Assembly: GCA_964007735.1 (NCBI GenBank) | Contig: CAXGAI010000017.1 | Span: 1 to 64,000, forward strand | DNA length: 64,000 nucleotides | DNA from: an uncultured Rhodopirellula sp. | GTDB taxonomy: Bacteria > Planctomycetota > Planctomycetia > Pirellulales > Pirellulaceae | Direction of reading: 5' to 3' | In this document: positions 20,266 to 31,562 of the stretch, in pieces | Layout: the number at the start of each line of letters is the position of its first letter | Position numbering within the stretch: position 1 is the first letter of the stretch | The notes under the pieces: model-generated | What the model saw: only the letters and a program-made list of their open reading frames with translations | Databases searched by the model: none | Told to the model about the DNA's origin: nothing | Translations under genes and position numbers: made by a program

Positions 20266-21002
20266 AGTGTCAATTCCACGGTGGCTCTCATATCCATCTC
20301 AAATTCGATGTCAACAATCGGAGGTCGCGTATTAAACCAAACTACTTCGGCAGGACTATCTGCAAGTTCCGGGGTCACAGCCTCGGCAATCAACGAGGGG
20401 GCATCATGAGCAGTATAGACGTCAATCGTAGTTAACTCGCTTGGCAAAGCCCCCAGGCCTCTCAAACGCTGCAGCATAAGCTTCATCACCACCTCCGCTT
20501 TTTGTAGCAATGCGTCGAAACTCACTTCCCCCATACGAATAATATTTTCCACAGCAAGCGGACCAAGCAATTCTCCTCCACCAGCCACGACAAAAGTGCG
20601 GTGATTCTTGTCGGTTGGACGAACAAAGGAGAAGGCATGCAGCATGGTCTCGTCTGGAGCGTCTTCAACTGGAGCAACATTCGTTCGCGCAATCGGGTTT
20701 TTTCCGTTAACGACAAGTCCCCAATGTTCAAGCAACTGACGATAATCCTCGTTAAATCCAATGAAGCCACCCATTGAATGAGGTTCCGGACATCGCAATT
20801 CAAACCCACAGAGCTGCTCCACTTTACCATCTTGTGTTTCGACAAACTGCCGTGCCTTTTGCATGCCTTCTTCCCACGGAAGCCAGTGCCTTAGCGTAAC
20901 GTGTACAACTTCGAAACCCGCATCAGCAACTACCCCTGAGCTATAAGGATAGATCCCCTCCAAAAACGAATACCCTCGCCCGACATTATTAATCAATTTC
21001 AT
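20262..21002 (-). CDS. CnbZ-like (2-amino-5-chloromuconate deaminase-like) RidA-superfamily protein
   Basis: GYSFLEGIYPYSSGV, CGFELRCPEP, NPIARTNVAP, FVVAGGGE and RPPIVDIEFEMD match the CnbZ family pattern as I recall it. Confidence 0.7.
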   Translation of the reverse strand: MKLINNVGRGYSFLEGIYPYSSGVVADAGFEVVHVTLRHWLPWEEGMQKARQFVETQDGKVEQLCGFELRCPEPHSMGGFIGFNEDYRQLLEHWGLVVNGKNPIARTNVAPVEDAPDETMLHAFSFVRPTDKNHRTFVVAGGGELLGPLAVENIIRMGEVSFDALLQKAEVVMKLMLQRLRGLGALPSELTTIDVYTAHDAPSLIAEAVTPELADSPAEVVWFNTRPPIVDIEFEMDMRATVELTL

Positions 21003-21072
21003 GTTCGTTTCATTTCAAATATTGATAACTGCTATGATAAAGCCAGTAAAACCAACCTCCAAGGAAACTCAA

Positions 21073-21870
21073 ATGCGATTCTCCCTTCCACTTATCCTAG
21101 CATTTTTCATGGCGACCCCATTGCAAGCCACCCAACCAACCCGAGTAAAGTTAGGTAAGCCTGACGAGAATAACGAACAGGCATTTATCGATATTCACAG
21201 GCCCCTGAATCCAAACGGAACTTCCATTATCATTTGCCCTGGTGGTGGTTATGGAACAGTCGTATCTGGTCCGGAGGGGGACAAGATTGCAGTTTGGCTA
21301 GGTGAACATGGGATTACGGGTATCGTGCTTCACTACCGGCTGCCTCAGGGCCGAAATAATGTGCCACTGACTGATGCTCAGTCAGCGATGAAACATCTAC
21401 GTAAACACGCCAACGGTCTCCATTTGGATACGAATAAAATCGGCGTGATGGGTTTTTCAGCCGGGGGACACCTCGCATCGACACTCGCCACACACGCGAC
21501 AACCGGTAAACTCAGACCTGCCTTCGCGGTTTTGGTCTACCCGGTCATTACGATGCAGGAGCACACGCATCGTGGCAGCAAACAAAATCTTCTCGGGCCC
21601 AGTCCGAGTGAAGAATTGGTAAAGCAGTTTTCAAACGAACTTCGAGTGACGCCCCGGACTCCCCCCACATTTTTAGCACATGCTATTGATGACAAGCCGG
21701 TTCCCCCCATCAATAGCAGGCTATTCCACGAGGCTTGCAAGAAGCACAAAGTACCTAGCATTTTCCTGGAACTACCGGACGGAGGACACGGACTGAATGG
21801 ATACCAAGGCCCGAGTTGGGATAAATGGCAGGCCGAATCCCTCAATTGGATAATGGACTTACCCAAATAA
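21073..21870 (+). CDS. Secreted alpha/beta hydrolase (xylan/feruloyl esterase-like)
   Basis: IICPGGGY; GFSAGGHL; LVYPVI; TPPTFL; GGHG. SD AAGGA precedes ATG 21073. Confidence 0.85.
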   Translation: MRFSLPLILAFFMATPLQATQPTRVKLGKPDENNEQAFIDIHRPLNPNGTSIIICPGGGYGTVVSGPEGDKIAVWLGEHGITGIVLHYRLPQGRNNVPLTDAQSAMKHLRKHANGLHLDTNKIGVMGFSAGGHLASTLATHATTGKLRPAFAVLVYPVITMQEHTHRGSKQNLLGPSPSEELVKQFSNELRVTPRTPPTFLAHAIDDKPVPPINSRLFHEACKKHKVPSIFLELPDGGHGLNGYQGPSWDKWQAESLNWIMDLPK

Positions 21871-21894
21871 CCGGACGGCGTCATCCCACAAGCA

Positions 21895-23343
21895 TTAGCT
21901 ATTCACAATATCGCGGACAACTTCACCATGGACATCCGTCAGACGATAGTCACGTCCCTGGAAGCGATGCGTTAGTTTTGTATGATCCATTCCCATGCAA
22001 TGAAGGATCGTGGCTTGCAGGTCATGAATATGAACCTTATTCTCAGCAACGGTGAACCCCAATTCATCACTCGAACCATATGAGATTCCCGGCTTCATTC
22101 CCCCTCCTGCCATGAACATCGTATAGACATCCGGAAAGTGATCTCGCCCTAGGACCTGACTTTTGGCTGTCCGCCCTTCCCTGAATGGGGTTCGACCAAA
22201 TTCGCCCCCCCATACGATCAGAGTCTCTTCAAACATCCCCCGGTCCTTCAAATCTTTAATCAACGCTGAGACAGCCTGATCCATTGGCATGCAACGATTG
22301 GTCAAACCATCGCGGATGCCGGTCGATGCTCCCGTACCATGGAAGTCCCACCCCCAGTCAAACAACTGAATAAACCGAACACCATCTTCTGCCAGTCTCC
22401 GAGCCAGCAAACAGTTATTTGCAAAACTGGCTTCACCGGGTTTAGCACCGTAGGCATCCAGTGTTTCCTGAGTTTCTTTGGAGATATCCATAACACCAGG
22501 CACTGACATTTGCATCCTAAATGCTAATTCGTACTGAGCCATACGAGTAAGAGTCTCCTGATTGCCTAGTTCCTGAGCCTGAAGTTGGTTGAGATCATTA
22601 AGTGCATCGAGAGTTTTACGACGCATGGCCCGATCCATCCCTTTTGGATTGGATACGTAAAGCACCGGATCCCCTTTGCTGCGACACTGGACCCCTTGGT
22701 AAATGGACGGCAGGAACCCGGATCCCCAGTTGTCTTTTCCGCCACTCGGTGAAACACCACCGGAGATCAAAACAACAAATCCGGGTAAATCCTGATTTTC
22801 AGAACCTAAACCGTAAGTAGCCCAGGCCCCCATGGATGGTCGCCCCTGACGTGGTGATCCTGTGTAAATAAGCAATTGGGCCGGAGCATGATTAAACTGC
22901 TCGGTGTTAATTGATTTCACAATCGTCAAATCGTCAGCAACTTCTGCCAATTTCGGGAGGGCTGCAGAGATCCACTGTCCACTCTCACCATGCTGTTTGA
23001 ATTCCTGCGGAGTTCCCAGAAGCAACGGTCGGCCACTGGTAAATGCAAAACGCTTACCTTCATAAAACTCATCCGGACAGGGCTCATCCGTCCGCTTCAC
23101 CAACTCCGGTTTATAATCAAACAAATCCAAATGTGGCGGTGAGCCCGCCATATGAAGATAAATAACACGTTTGGCTTTCGCGGCAAAATGGGGCTGTCGT
23201 GGTGCCAGAGGGTTTACAACCTCAGCAGTCACCGGCTTATCATTATCCAACGACGCCATCGCCATGGCGCCTAAGCCTACGCCACATCCTTTGAAAAAAT
23301 GACGTCTGGTTTTATTGGTTGCATTTTCGAGAAAAGGGTTCAT
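21895..23343 (-). CDS. DUF1501 domain protein (Tat signal), paired with the upstream PSD1 protein
   Basis: TRRHFF; AKAKRVIYLHMAGSPPHLDLFDYKP; WGGEFGRTP; GRDH; FQGRDYRLTDVHG. Confidence 0.9.
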   Translation of the reverse strand: MNPFLENATNKTRRHFFKGCGVGLGAMAMASLDNDKPVTAEVVNPLAPRQPHFAAKAKRVIYLHMAGSPPHLDLFDYKPELVKRTDEPCPDEFYEGKRFAFTSGRPLLLGTPQEFKQHGESGQWISAALPKLAEVADDLTIVKSINTEQFNHAPAQLLIYTGSPRQGRPSMGAWATYGLGSENQDLPGFVVLISGGVSPSGGKDNWGSGFLPSIYQGVQCRSKGDPVLYVSNPKGMDRAMRRKTLDALNDLNQLQAQELGNQETLTRMAQYELAFRMQMSVPGVMDISKETQETLDAYGAKPGEASFANNCLLARRLAEDGVRFIQLFDWGWDFHGTGASTGIRDGLTNRCMPMDQAVSALIKDLKDRGMFEETLIVWGGEFGRTPFREGRTAKSQVLGRDHFPDVYTMFMAGGGMKPGISYGSSDELGFTVAENKVHIHDLQATILHCMGMDHTKLTHRFQGRDYRLTDVHGEVVRDIVNS

Positions 23344-23347
23344 CTGG

Positions 23348-26300
23348 TTACCTCTTAGCCAAGGTTTCATCAAGGTTCAGCAGTACATTTCCAACAATAG
23401 TCCAAGCGGCTGCCTCAGCCACATCCATTCCCTCCGGCAATTCACCCAAAGGCATCGTTGATATTTCTTTCGCGCTTTCCATGTCCGCCTGATAATCGGC
23501 GAACACAGCTTCATATAACTTTATCAGTCTTTGACGTTCCTGCTCATAAGGCGAACGTGCCAACGTCAGGCGAAAAGCATACTCGACTTTATCGCCAATC
23601 GATTCACCACCTTCCCTAAGGATGCGGCGGGCGAATGCCTGAGCGGCTTCAATATAAACGGGGTCATTCAATGTCACCAATGCCTGCAATGGTGTATTTG
23701 TGTTGACCCGCCGAATCGTACACACGTTACGGCTCGGAGCGTCAAACGTTGCCATCGAGGGGTACGGCAGGCTCCGCCGCCACTGAGTGTACAATCCACG
23801 GCGCCACTTATCACCTCCAGGCGAAGTCGTCCAATCTGTTGAACTACCAAAAGCAGCACTTAAACCAAGCTTGGGACGGGGCGGATTCACCGATGGCCCA
23901 AGCATTTTACGATCCAACAAGCCACTAATGGCCAGCGCCTGATCCCGAATCATCTCCGCATTCAGCCGGAAGCGTGGTCCCCGAGCCAATAAGTTGTTAT
24001 ACGGGTCGACTTTCTTATGCTGGACAGTCGCCAGCGAACTCTGACGATAAGTTGCCGACATGACGACAAACCTGAGAAATTCCTTCATGTCCCATTTCAT
24101 CTCCTTTTGAAACGTAACCGCCAGATAATCTAACAATTCAGGATGGGTTGGAAAGTCACCCTGTGCGCCGAACTCTTCACTCGTCCGTACAATTCCTTGC
24201 CCAAACAATTGTTCCCAATATCGATTAACGATAACGCGGGCGGTTAATGGGTTTTCTTCATTGATTAACCATTGAGCCAAGCCCAGGCGATTTACCGGAG
24301 CCCCTTCTGGAAAACCGTGAAGCACCGCTGGTGTTCCTTCAGAAACCTCACCTTCCAACGCCTCAAAGTTACCCCGAACCTGAATATGGGTTTTACGTCG
24401 CTTATCGCCCATTAGTTCCCGCATGATCGGAACCGTCGCCGGCTTAATTCCGTCCCGCTGTTTCTTCACCGCCGCAATCTTATCTGTGAGTTCCTTTGGA
24501 GGCGGCACAACCTGAAGATAATAATCATGCAGGATTTTTGTCTGCGTCTGCTGGGACGCATCGTATCCTGACGATACGATACTGGCAACTTCCTTCGGCA
24601 GGACGAAAACATCACCTTCGTCAGTCGTCAGCGACAACCGAAAGCTACCCAAGGCATGGTCGTTGTAATTTTGGGTTAGCACTAATTTAATTTCGGTAGT
24701 CTCGGTCGTCCCAACCTTATTACCAATTTCAAATACTGCCGTATTGTCCTGCCCCACTGCTCCGCCAATCGCCCAACCACTAGTGGTACTCTGAACATCA
24801 CCATCGATCGATTTCGCGACACCAAAGTTGTTTACAACCTCTCCTTCGCGTTGTTCAAAGGTCGCTGAGGCTGCCGCAAACTCAATCGGCAGCAATCCGT
24901 TAAGCGTAGCTTCATGCTTACCTGCGGGAGCCTTCGCTACCTGCTGCTTCCAGACCAAATTACGGTCAGCATCCAGCACACTGAGAACGAAGCCATCCAG
25001 ACGGGAATAGAGATTGTTATCGGATCGCGGCCAGATATTAATCAAGTCGATCGAAGAAACCTTCCCCAAATCAATTTCAATCCAGGGGTTTTCTTCAACC
25101 GCCGTATGGGTGACGGAATTATTGGTATAAACACCGTCAGTGTTTCCATCGTTGGCCCGTGTTACCTCGCCTCCAAAATCCGTCGAAGATTGTTTTGCTG
25201 TCCCATCCAATGCGACATTTTTACCATCGCTAAAAACCTCCAGTTCGGCGATATGAATCATCTTCCCTTTACCGGGGAGATCTATCCGAACAATTTGTCC
25301 CCGCGGTGGTTCATTACGAGCACCTCCAAACGATCCAGCCACTTCCGAAAGAACAAAATTACCTGCGCCTCCGCGTCCAGGTCCTTTACCGGGCAACGTT
25401 TCATTTGCCAGAGCTTCCAACCGAATCGCTTTAATATCTTTGAGCTTCGTCGAGAACACCAACTCATAGACATCTTTCGCTGTGGCTTCGCCTTTGACCG
25501 TAACAACTCCATTTTCGGACACTTCCATCGCAGCCCCGCTCTGGGCCGTGGCGTTCAATTCGGAAACAATCTCCCATTGCACCTTACGTTCAACATGCTG
25601 TTTCCAAATTTCAACTTGTCTGGCAATGGCGTCTGACGATGGAGCAAGCTGGGTTTCAAGCTCTTTAATTTGCAACTCCAAGTCATCTTTCTGTTGCTGT
25701 TTCTCTGGAGTCATTACACTCAAAAGCGGTTGCTCGTCAGCTCGATCTGCATCTTCCGTATTATTAAAAAACGCGAAAAACTTGAAGTATTCTTCCTGAG
25801 TAATCGGATCGTACTTATGGGTATGACACTGTGCACAGCGAATCGTCGTCCCCATCCAAACCTGCATTGTTGTGTTCACGCGATCCACGACTGCCACATT
25901 ACGAAATTCTTCGTCGTTAGTACCACCTTCACTTTGCGTTAGGGTATTGCGATTAAATGCGGTCGCGATCAACTGTTCTTGCGTGGGCTCTTCAGTGAGA
26001 TCTCCGGCAATCTGATCAACCGTAAATTGGTCGAAAGGTACATTCCGATTAAATGAATTGATCACCCAGTCACGGTAGAGCCAGATTGTACGTGAGGGGT
26101 CGTTAGCGTAACCGGCAGAGTCCGCATATCTGGCCAAGTCAAGCCACATCGTCGCCCAACGCTCGCCATAGGCCGGCTTCTCGAGCAGACGATCAACTAA
26201 TTGTCCGTATGCCTGAGGACTCTTATCATTCACAAAGGTATCCACTTCCTCCAAAGTCGGTGGAAGCCCTGTTAAATCGAAGGATAAGCGGCGAATCAGG

Positions 26301-26851
26301 GCGTACCGAGTCGCCTCCTGATTGGGCTGCAAACCGTGCTTTTCAATTTCAGCCAAAACAAACCGATCGACATCATTCAATGGCCATGTTTCGTTTTTCA
26401 GCTTTGGCAAATCAGGTTTGACCGGAGCAACGTACGCCCAATGCTCTCCATAAATTGCACCATTGGCAATCCAACGTTTAATCAACTCAACTTCATCTGC
26501 GGTCAACGCTACCGCATTTTCGCCTGGAGGCATCCGAGTAAATTCGTCATCGGTGGTGATCCTGGCCACGACTTCGCTAGCTCCTACATCACCTGGCTTA
26601 ATGGCAAATGTCCCCTCTCGATTGATCGTCGCCTGATCGAAAGTATCTAAACGCAAATCAGCCTTACGTTCTGCTTCGTCGGGACCGTGACAGGTAAAAC
26701 ACCGGTTGGTCAACAGCTTTCTGACTTTATTCAGTTCCACATTACTCAGTGGCTGATCATCGGCTTGCAGGGCAGATGGTAGCGTCAGACAAAGAAGCAT
26801 CGTGAGCATACCGGACACCGTCCGTGCACGTGATGTTGTAAATAGACTCAT
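23348..26851 (-). CDS. PSD1 / planctomycete cytochrome c domain protein (PSCyt1, PSCyt2/DUF1549, DUF1553) with an inserted F5/8 type C (discoidin-like) domain
   Basis: CFTCHGPD and CAQCH heme motifs; [35 protein letters not shown]; insert [13 protein letters not shown]...NPWIEIDLG. Start is uncertain. Confidence 0.92.
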   Translation of the reverse strand: MSLFTTSRARTVSGMLTMLLCLTLPSALQADDQPLSNVELNKVRKLLTNRCFTCHGPDEAERKADLRLDTFDQATINREGTFAIKPGDVGASEVVARITTDDEFTRMPPGENAVALTADEVELIKRWIANGAIYGEHWAYVAPVKPDLPKLKNETWPLNDVDRFVLAEIEKHGLQPNQEATRYALIRRLSFDLTGLPPTLEEVDTFVNDKSPQAYGQLVDRLLEKPAYGERWATMWLDLARYADSAGYANDPSRTIWLYRDWVINSFNRNVPFDQFTVDQIAGDLTEEPTQEQLIATAFNRNTLTQSEGGTNDEEFRNVAVVDRVNTTMQVWMGTTIRCAQCHTHKYDPITQEEYFKFFAFFNNTEDADRADEQPLLSVMTPEKQQQKDDLELQIKELETQLAPSSDAIARQVEIWKQHVERKVQWEIVSELNATAQSGAAMEVSENGVVTVKGEATAKDVYELVFSTKLKDIKAIRLEALANETLPGKGPGRGGAGNFVLSEVAGSFGGARNEPPRGQIVRIDLPGKGKMIHIAELEVFSDGKNVALDGTAKQSSTDFGGEVTRANDGNTDGVYTNNSVTHTAVEENPWIEIDLGKVSSIDLINIWPRSDNNLYSRLDGFVLSVLDADRNLVWKQQVAKAPAGKHEATLNGLLPIEFAAASATFEQREGEVVNNFGVAKSIDGDVQSTTSGWAIGGAVGQDNTAVFEIGNKVGTTETTEIKLVLTQNYNDHALGSFRLSLTTDEGDVFVLPKEVASIVSSGYDASQQTQTKILHDYYLQVVPPPKELTDKIAAVKKQRDGIKPATVPIMRELMGDKRRKTHIQVRGNFEALEGEVSEGTPAVLHGFPEGAPVNRLGLAQWLINEENPLTARVIVNRYWEQLFGQGIVRTSEEFGAQGDFPTHPELLDYLAVTFQKEMKWDMKEFLRFVVMSATYRQSSLATVQHKKVDPYNNLLARGPRFRLNAEMIRDQALAISGLLDRKMLGPSVNPPRPKLGLSAAFGSSTDWTTSPGGDKWRRGLYTQWRRSLPYPSMATFDAPSRNVCTIRRVNTNTPLQALVTLNDPVYIEAAQAFARRILREGGESIGDKVEYAFRLTLARSPYEQERQRLIKLYEAVFADYQADMESAKEISTMPLGELPEGMDVAEAAAWTIVGNVLLNLDETLAKR

Positions 26852-27030
26852 AGCATTCCTAATGATGTAAAAACAGTCGCAGCAAATACTCGCGACCGAT
26901 ACACAAATCACCAAAACTAAACCGTCATCTCATTATAGCTTGTGACACAGATTCAGAGTAAGTCTTAGGTTGCCCAGACGTCTATTTCTGAGGGGTTAAC
27001 TACAGTATTCTCAGGTTCTTCGACTCAAAG

Positions 27031-28500
27031 TTACAGCAATTCGCGAATAGGTTCGCCTTCTGTAAGAATCGGTACCGGACGTCCGGCATTATTCAGAAAC
27101 GACCGCTGAGGATCCACACCGAATTTTTGATAAATGGTAGCCAGCAGACAGTTACTGTTCATAATCCGTTCCGTCGGTTCCTCAGCCCGCTTACTTGTAG
27201 CTCCGATCACCTGCCCCGTTGGAATCCCGCCACCTGAAAGAAATACACTCATAGCCTGCGGCCAGTGATCCCGTCCGGGACGGCCGCTTGCATCCTGATT
27301 GCGTATTAGTGGAGTCCGTCCAAACTCTCCACAAAAGATGAACAACACCTTCTTATCGAGTCCACGGGAGTATAAATCTTCAATCAAAGCCGAAACAGCC
27401 TGATCGAGAACCGGCACCTTCTCCTCATATGACTTGAAGATATGGGCATTGACACTGTGGTCATCCCACGTAGATGTCCGTCCGGTTTCAGGTTGTAGCC
27501 GAAAGGTAGCCTGACACTGTACAAAACGAACTCCGGCTTCCACCAAACGACGGCAAGTGAGAAGGCTCTTGCCCCAATGCGTATCACCGTAATGCTCTAA
27601 GGTAGACTTCTTTTCTCGTGTTATATCAAACGCGGTCTTGGCCAAAGAACTGGACAACATCGCCGCCGCCCGTTGCTGAAAGAGATCCATGGAAGTCATC
27701 ATCTTGGTATTATCGATATCGCGAGACAAACGATCGAGCTGATTCAATACCTGCCGTCGCCGACTCAAATCAACAACGCCACCCTGCGAAATACTCAAAT
27801 CCCCGACGCCAGCACCCGTTTGGTAAACAGGCACGGGATCATATCGATTAGCACCACTTGCCGTTTCTAAATTTGGAGACGGCATATAGGCCTCACAGGA
27901 TGCTCCCAAATAAGCAGCTCCCGCTCCATAACTCGGTGTATTGGCCACATAAAACGGCAGCGGACTCTCAGAAAACTCCGCATGCTTTGCGACCACCGAA
28001 CCAAGATCCGGAAACTCCGATCGCGGCAGGTTCTTAGCCACGGAAGAATAGCCGGTCAAAAACCGATTGGTCCCACCCGAATGCTCCGCTCGCTCATGAT
28101 GCAAACTTCGTAGCAAGGTAAACTTGTTGGCCATCTTGGAAAGCCGGGGCATTAACTCGCAAATCTCAATGCCACTGACGTTTGTCTTCACAGGGCGAAA
28201 CGGCCCGCGATATTCAGCCGGGGCCTCTGGCTTCATATCAAATAAGTCCAAGTGACTTGGCCCGCCATTAGCCCAGAACAGAATCACCGAAAAGTCTTCC
28301 TTCAATCTCGGAAGGGGGTGGCCTTCGGCATCACGAACAGCCTTTACAGAGGCAAGTAAGTCATCTCCCGGGCGTAAACCTGAGCACAACGCCCCCATAC
28401 TCAAAGCACCTAACTGTAGCCATTGCCTACGGTTGAACGGCCCTGAACAGGGTTGGGAACTATTTAATCCCGATCGAAGACTTGAGGTTAACTGGGTCAT
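27031..28500 (-). CDS. DUF1501 domain protein (Tat signal)
   Basis: NRRQWLQ; GGPSHLDLFDMKP; WDDH; GEFGRTP; GRDHWP. Confidence 0.9.
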   Translation of the reverse strand: MTQLTSSLRSGLNSSQPCSGPFNRRQWLQLGALSMGALCSGLRPGDDLLASVKAVRDAEGHPLPRLKEDFSVILFWANGGPSHLDLFDMKPEAPAEYRGPFRPVKTNVSGIEICELMPRLSKMANKFTLLRSLHHERAEHSGGTNRFLTGYSSVAKNLPRSEFPDLGSVVAKHAEFSESPLPFYVANTPSYGAGAAYLGASCEAYMPSPNLETASGANRYDPVPVYQTGAGVGDLSISQGGVVDLSRRRQVLNQLDRLSRDIDNTKMMTSMDLFQQRAAAMLSSSLAKTAFDITREKKSTLEHYGDTHWGKSLLTCRRLVEAGVRFVQCQATFRLQPETGRTSTWDDHSVNAHIFKSYEEKVPVLDQAVSALIEDLYSRGLDKKVLFIFCGEFGRTPLIRNQDASGRPGRDHWPQAMSVFLSGGGIPTGQVIGATSKRAEEPTERIMNSNCLLATIYQKFGVDPQRSFLNNAGRPVPILTEGEPIRELL

Positions 28501-28512
28501 ACACGTACTATA
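28501..28512 (-). promoter_or_regulatory. -10 box TATAGT 6 nt upstream of ATG 28500 (leaderless-type promoter)
   Basis: The minus strand reads TATAGT-acgtgt-ATG. Confidence 0.45.
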
Positions 28513-28596
28513 TACCAAAGATTAGGTATTACTCTGCATCATTTTCCATAAGATATAAGAGTGTACACCAAACAACCGCTATGAAACAAAGATACT

Positions 28597-29589
28597 GTGA
28601 AACGAAATTTCGGGGATTTTGAATTAGGCGAGGTCATCGGGACAGGGACGGTCGGTACGATTTACCGAGCGACTGAAAATCCGAGCCGAGAAACGCGCGC
28701 CGTCAAAATCCTTCAACACGGGGTCTCTCAGGATGAAAATATCGTTTCACGTTTCGAACGCGAAATGTTAATCCTTTCCAAATTGAACCACCCAAATATC
28801 GTCAGTTATTACGGGGGAGGCCGAACGGAAGATGGCCGGCTTTTCTATGTCATGGAATTAATCGAAGGCGGCACGTTAAAGCAATTACTGCAGGCACATA
28901 ACAAGCTTTCCTGGCATGAGACCATAAACTATGGCATCCAAATTTGTTCCGCATTGCAACACGCCCATAACCACGGCATCATACACCGAGACCTCAAGCC
29001 GGCGAACCTTTTCCTCACCTATGAAGGACAGTTAAAATTAGGGGACTTCGGCATCGCCCTCGATACAGGGGAATCGGATCTAACCTCCAGCGGTATGACC
29101 GTCGGTTCCTGGCTCTATATGTCTCCAGAACAAATCCGGGGCGAAGAAATCATTACAGGCCAGGCTGATTTATATTCACTCGGCTGTTTGTTTTACGAAA
29201 TGCTCACCGGATCCCCTCCCTTTCAGGGAGCAAGCTTCCCGGTCATTTTCGAACAACACCTTAAAGAGACACCCACCCCGTTACACCTTCACGCTTCGGA
29301 AACTCCCAAGTCGCTTCAGGAAGTGGTCTTACAACAACTTTCCAAGGCTCCTCAGGACCGACCGTTCAATGCAAGAACGATTCAGGGGATTATGTCAGAA
29401 TTAAAATTTGACTGGGAAGAAGATGAGCAAAGGTATCAAAAAGAGCTGAGCCGCTTACGAGTTGCATTCGACGCGGATCCATTTACCGTTTATGGCCCGA
29501 GCAGAGACGTTTCCTGGAAAACTCTGATTCTCTGGTTTGTCAGTCTTGGATTGGGCGTTACTATTCTTGTTCTCTTACAGAATATGTAA
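28597..29589 (+). CDS. Hanks-type Ser/Thr protein kinase with a C-terminal TM helix
   Basis: IGTGTVGTIY; AVKIL; HRDLKPAN; DFG; YMSPEQ; DLYSLG. Confidence 0.95.
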   Translation: MKRNFGDFELGEVIGTGTVGTIYRATENPSRETRAVKILQHGVSQDENIVSRFEREMLILSKLNHPNIVSYYGGGRTEDGRLFYVMELIEGGTLKQLLQAHNKLSWHETINYGIQICSALQHAHNHGIIHRDLKPANLFLTYEGQLKLGDFGIALDTGESDLTSSGMTVGSWLYMSPEQIRGEEIITGQADLYSLGCLFYEMLTGSPPFQGASFPVIFEQHLKETPTPLHLHASETPKSLQEVVLQQLSKAPQDRPFNARTIQGIMSELKFDWEEDEQRYQKELSRLRVAFDADPFTVYGPSRDVSWKTLILWFVSLGLGVTILVLLQNM

Positions 29590-30576
29590 AGCATTTTCCT
29601 GAATCTTTCGCAACTCTTCGCGCAGCAAGCCACCTAGTTCTAAAACGGATACGGCCTGTTCAACATGTCGTTGTTGCCCAAAACCGACAATCGCACTGTC
29701 GATCAGATCATGGCTCAAAACAAATCTGAGGCAGAGCTCTACCAACGGTACTTTGGGGAACATCTCCTCTAACCGGGAAGCCACCTGCAAATCGAGTTCA
29801 TAGAGATTTAAAGGGAAAAATTCTGTCTTGTAAGTATGAGGTGATGGCTTCCGGCGAAGTAACGCCCCCCCGGCAAAAACCCGGATCGCCAGGATACCGA
29901 TACCGGCTGCCTTGCCATAACGCATAATGGCTCCATGGTGATGCCATCCCGATTCATCAGCCTCACCCCGATCATCCGGAACCTCATATCCGGCACTAAT
30001 ATTCGTCGCACTAAATGGAACCTGCAAAGAGGAAACACGTCTCGTATCCAGCACCTGCTCTACGGCTTCAGCGTCACCTGTCGCCGTTACCCCAACATGC
30101 CTAATCAGCCCTTCGCGTTGTAACTGCTCAAGTGTTGAAAGCACTCCGTTTTTCCCCGTTACATCTTCCACACTCAAGGAAGTCGGCTGAGAACCTCGTC
30201 GGTTTGTAATCGCATTGTGCACCTGTACAAGCGTAATTCGTTGGCGTCCAAGTGCCTCCAGAGACTGCTCCACACTTCGACGGACAGCCGCTGGGATATC
30301 GCCCAACTGCTCAGGGGACACACGAACTTTCGTAGCGACCATCACCTCATCAGCGATCCCTAACTCCTCGAAACACCGGCCAAGGTTTAATTCGCTCCGG
30401 CCAGCTCCATAGGTCCGCGCTGTATCAAACCAGTTAATTCCAAGTTCTGTGGCCCGTCGCACTGAATCAAGTTGATTGGCGAAGTTGTCACCTGTCAGAT
30501 TTTCCGACAAAGGGCCGCAGCCAAATGCAATCCGCGACACCAGTAGGCCTGTCTCCCCAAGCATTCGGTATTGCAC
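29575..30576 (-). CDS. Aldo/keto reductase
   Basis: YRMLGETGLLVSRIAFG; GINWFDTARTYG; ATKV; QVH. Confidence 0.9.
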   Translation of the reverse strand: MQYRMLGETGLLVSRIAFGCGPLSENLTGDNFANQLDSVRRATELGINWFDTARTYGAGRSELNLGRCFEELGIADEVMVATKVRVSPEQLGDIPAAVRRSVEQSLEALGRQRITLVQVHNAITNRRGSQPTSLSVEDVTGKNGVLSTLEQLQREGLIRHVGVTATGDAEAVEQVLDTRRVSSLQVPFSATNISAGYEVPDDRGEADESGWHHHGAIMRYGKAAGIGILAIRVFAGGALLRRKPSPHTYKTEFFPLNLYELDLQVASRLEEMFPKVPLVELCLRFVLSHDLIDSAIVGFGQQRHVEQAVSVLELGGLLREELRKIQENALHIL

Positions 30577-30590
30577 CAGATCCTTCTCCC

Positions 30591-31562
30591 TTAACCGGAT
30601 GTCATCAAATCCGAGATGCGAGACAGATTAACATTGCCTCCGGAGATCACACAAGCAACCCGGGTTTCTTCCGCATCGAAATCCATCTTCACCGCAGCCG
30701 CGTAGGAAGTTGCTCCCGAGGGTTCAATTAACAACTTCGCTCGTTCCATCATCAGTTTCATCGCATTGGCAATTTGCCAATCGTCCACCACGACAATCTC
30801 ATCCACCAGATCTCTGACTACGGGCCAGGTCAAGTCACCCAAGCTTGTGAGCAAGCCGTCAGCGATCGTATTCGGAGAGGTTTGCGGAATCAATTCGCCG
30901 GCCCGCTTACTTTGGAATGCATCATCTGCTCCTGCCGGCTCAGCGCCGACAATACGAATTGCCGGATTGATCGCCTTGGCCGCAATCGCAATCCCACTTA
31001 AAAGTCCACCACCACCTATAGGCGCGATAATCACGTCCAAATCCGAAACTTGCTCGAACAACTCCAAAGCCACTGTCGCCTGACCGGTGATAATTCCGGC
31101 GTGATTGTAGGGATGAATGAATGCCGCCCCCGTCTCCGCAACGACTTCTGCCGCTGTGATTTCCCGCGCTTGCAATGTTGGTTCACACAAAATAACTTGA
31201 GCACCGTAACCAGCCACGGCATCCTGTTTCACCCGGGGAGCATTGGATGGCATGACGATATGTGCCGGGATCCCCCGCTGCTGTGCCGCGAGTGCCAACG
31301 CCTGAGCATGATTGCCGCTACTATGAGTCACAACCCCAGCGGCAGCTTCCTCCTCTGTCAAACTCAAAACGACATTACTTGCTCCGCGATATTTAAACGC
31401 ACCAACTTTTTGCAAATTTTCACATTTGAAGAAGATCTCCGCCTGAGCATGGCGACTCAATTGACTACACGTTTGCACGGGCGTTCGATGCACTACGCCT
31501 TGGATCCGCAAATAGGCTTCACGGATGGTCTGAAGGTCCGTTGCATAAGTCGGCTTGTTCAT
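30591..31562 (-). CDS. PLP-dependent serine/threonine dehydratase or serine racemase family protein
   Basis: FKCENLQKVGAFKYRGA; SSGNHAQA; PIGGGGL; SGGN. ATG at 31562 overlaps the tctA stop (TAATG). Confidence 0.9.
   Translation of the reverse strand: MNKPTYATDLQTIREAYLRIQGVVHRTPVQTCSQLSRHAQAEIFFKCENLQKVGAFKYRGASNVVLSLTEEEAAAGVVTHSSGNHAQALALAAQQRGIPAHIVMPSNAPRVKQDAVAGYGAQVILCEPTLQAREITAAEVVAETGAAFIHPYNHAGIITGQATVALELFEQVSDLDVIIAPIGGGGLLSGIAIAAKAINPAIRIVGAEPAGADDAFQSKRAGELIPQTSPNTIADGLLTSLGDLTWPVVRDLVDEIVVVDDWQIANAMKLMMERAKLLIEPSGATSYAAAVKMDFDAEETRVACVISGGNVNLSRISDLMTSG

Noticed and set aside
24914..25636. Long alternative-frame ORFs (for example 24914-25636, 12970-13641, 31050-31679, 54965-55633, 53569-54168)
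   Set aside because: They overlap well-supported genes and have no recognisable motifs, so they are shadow ORFs.
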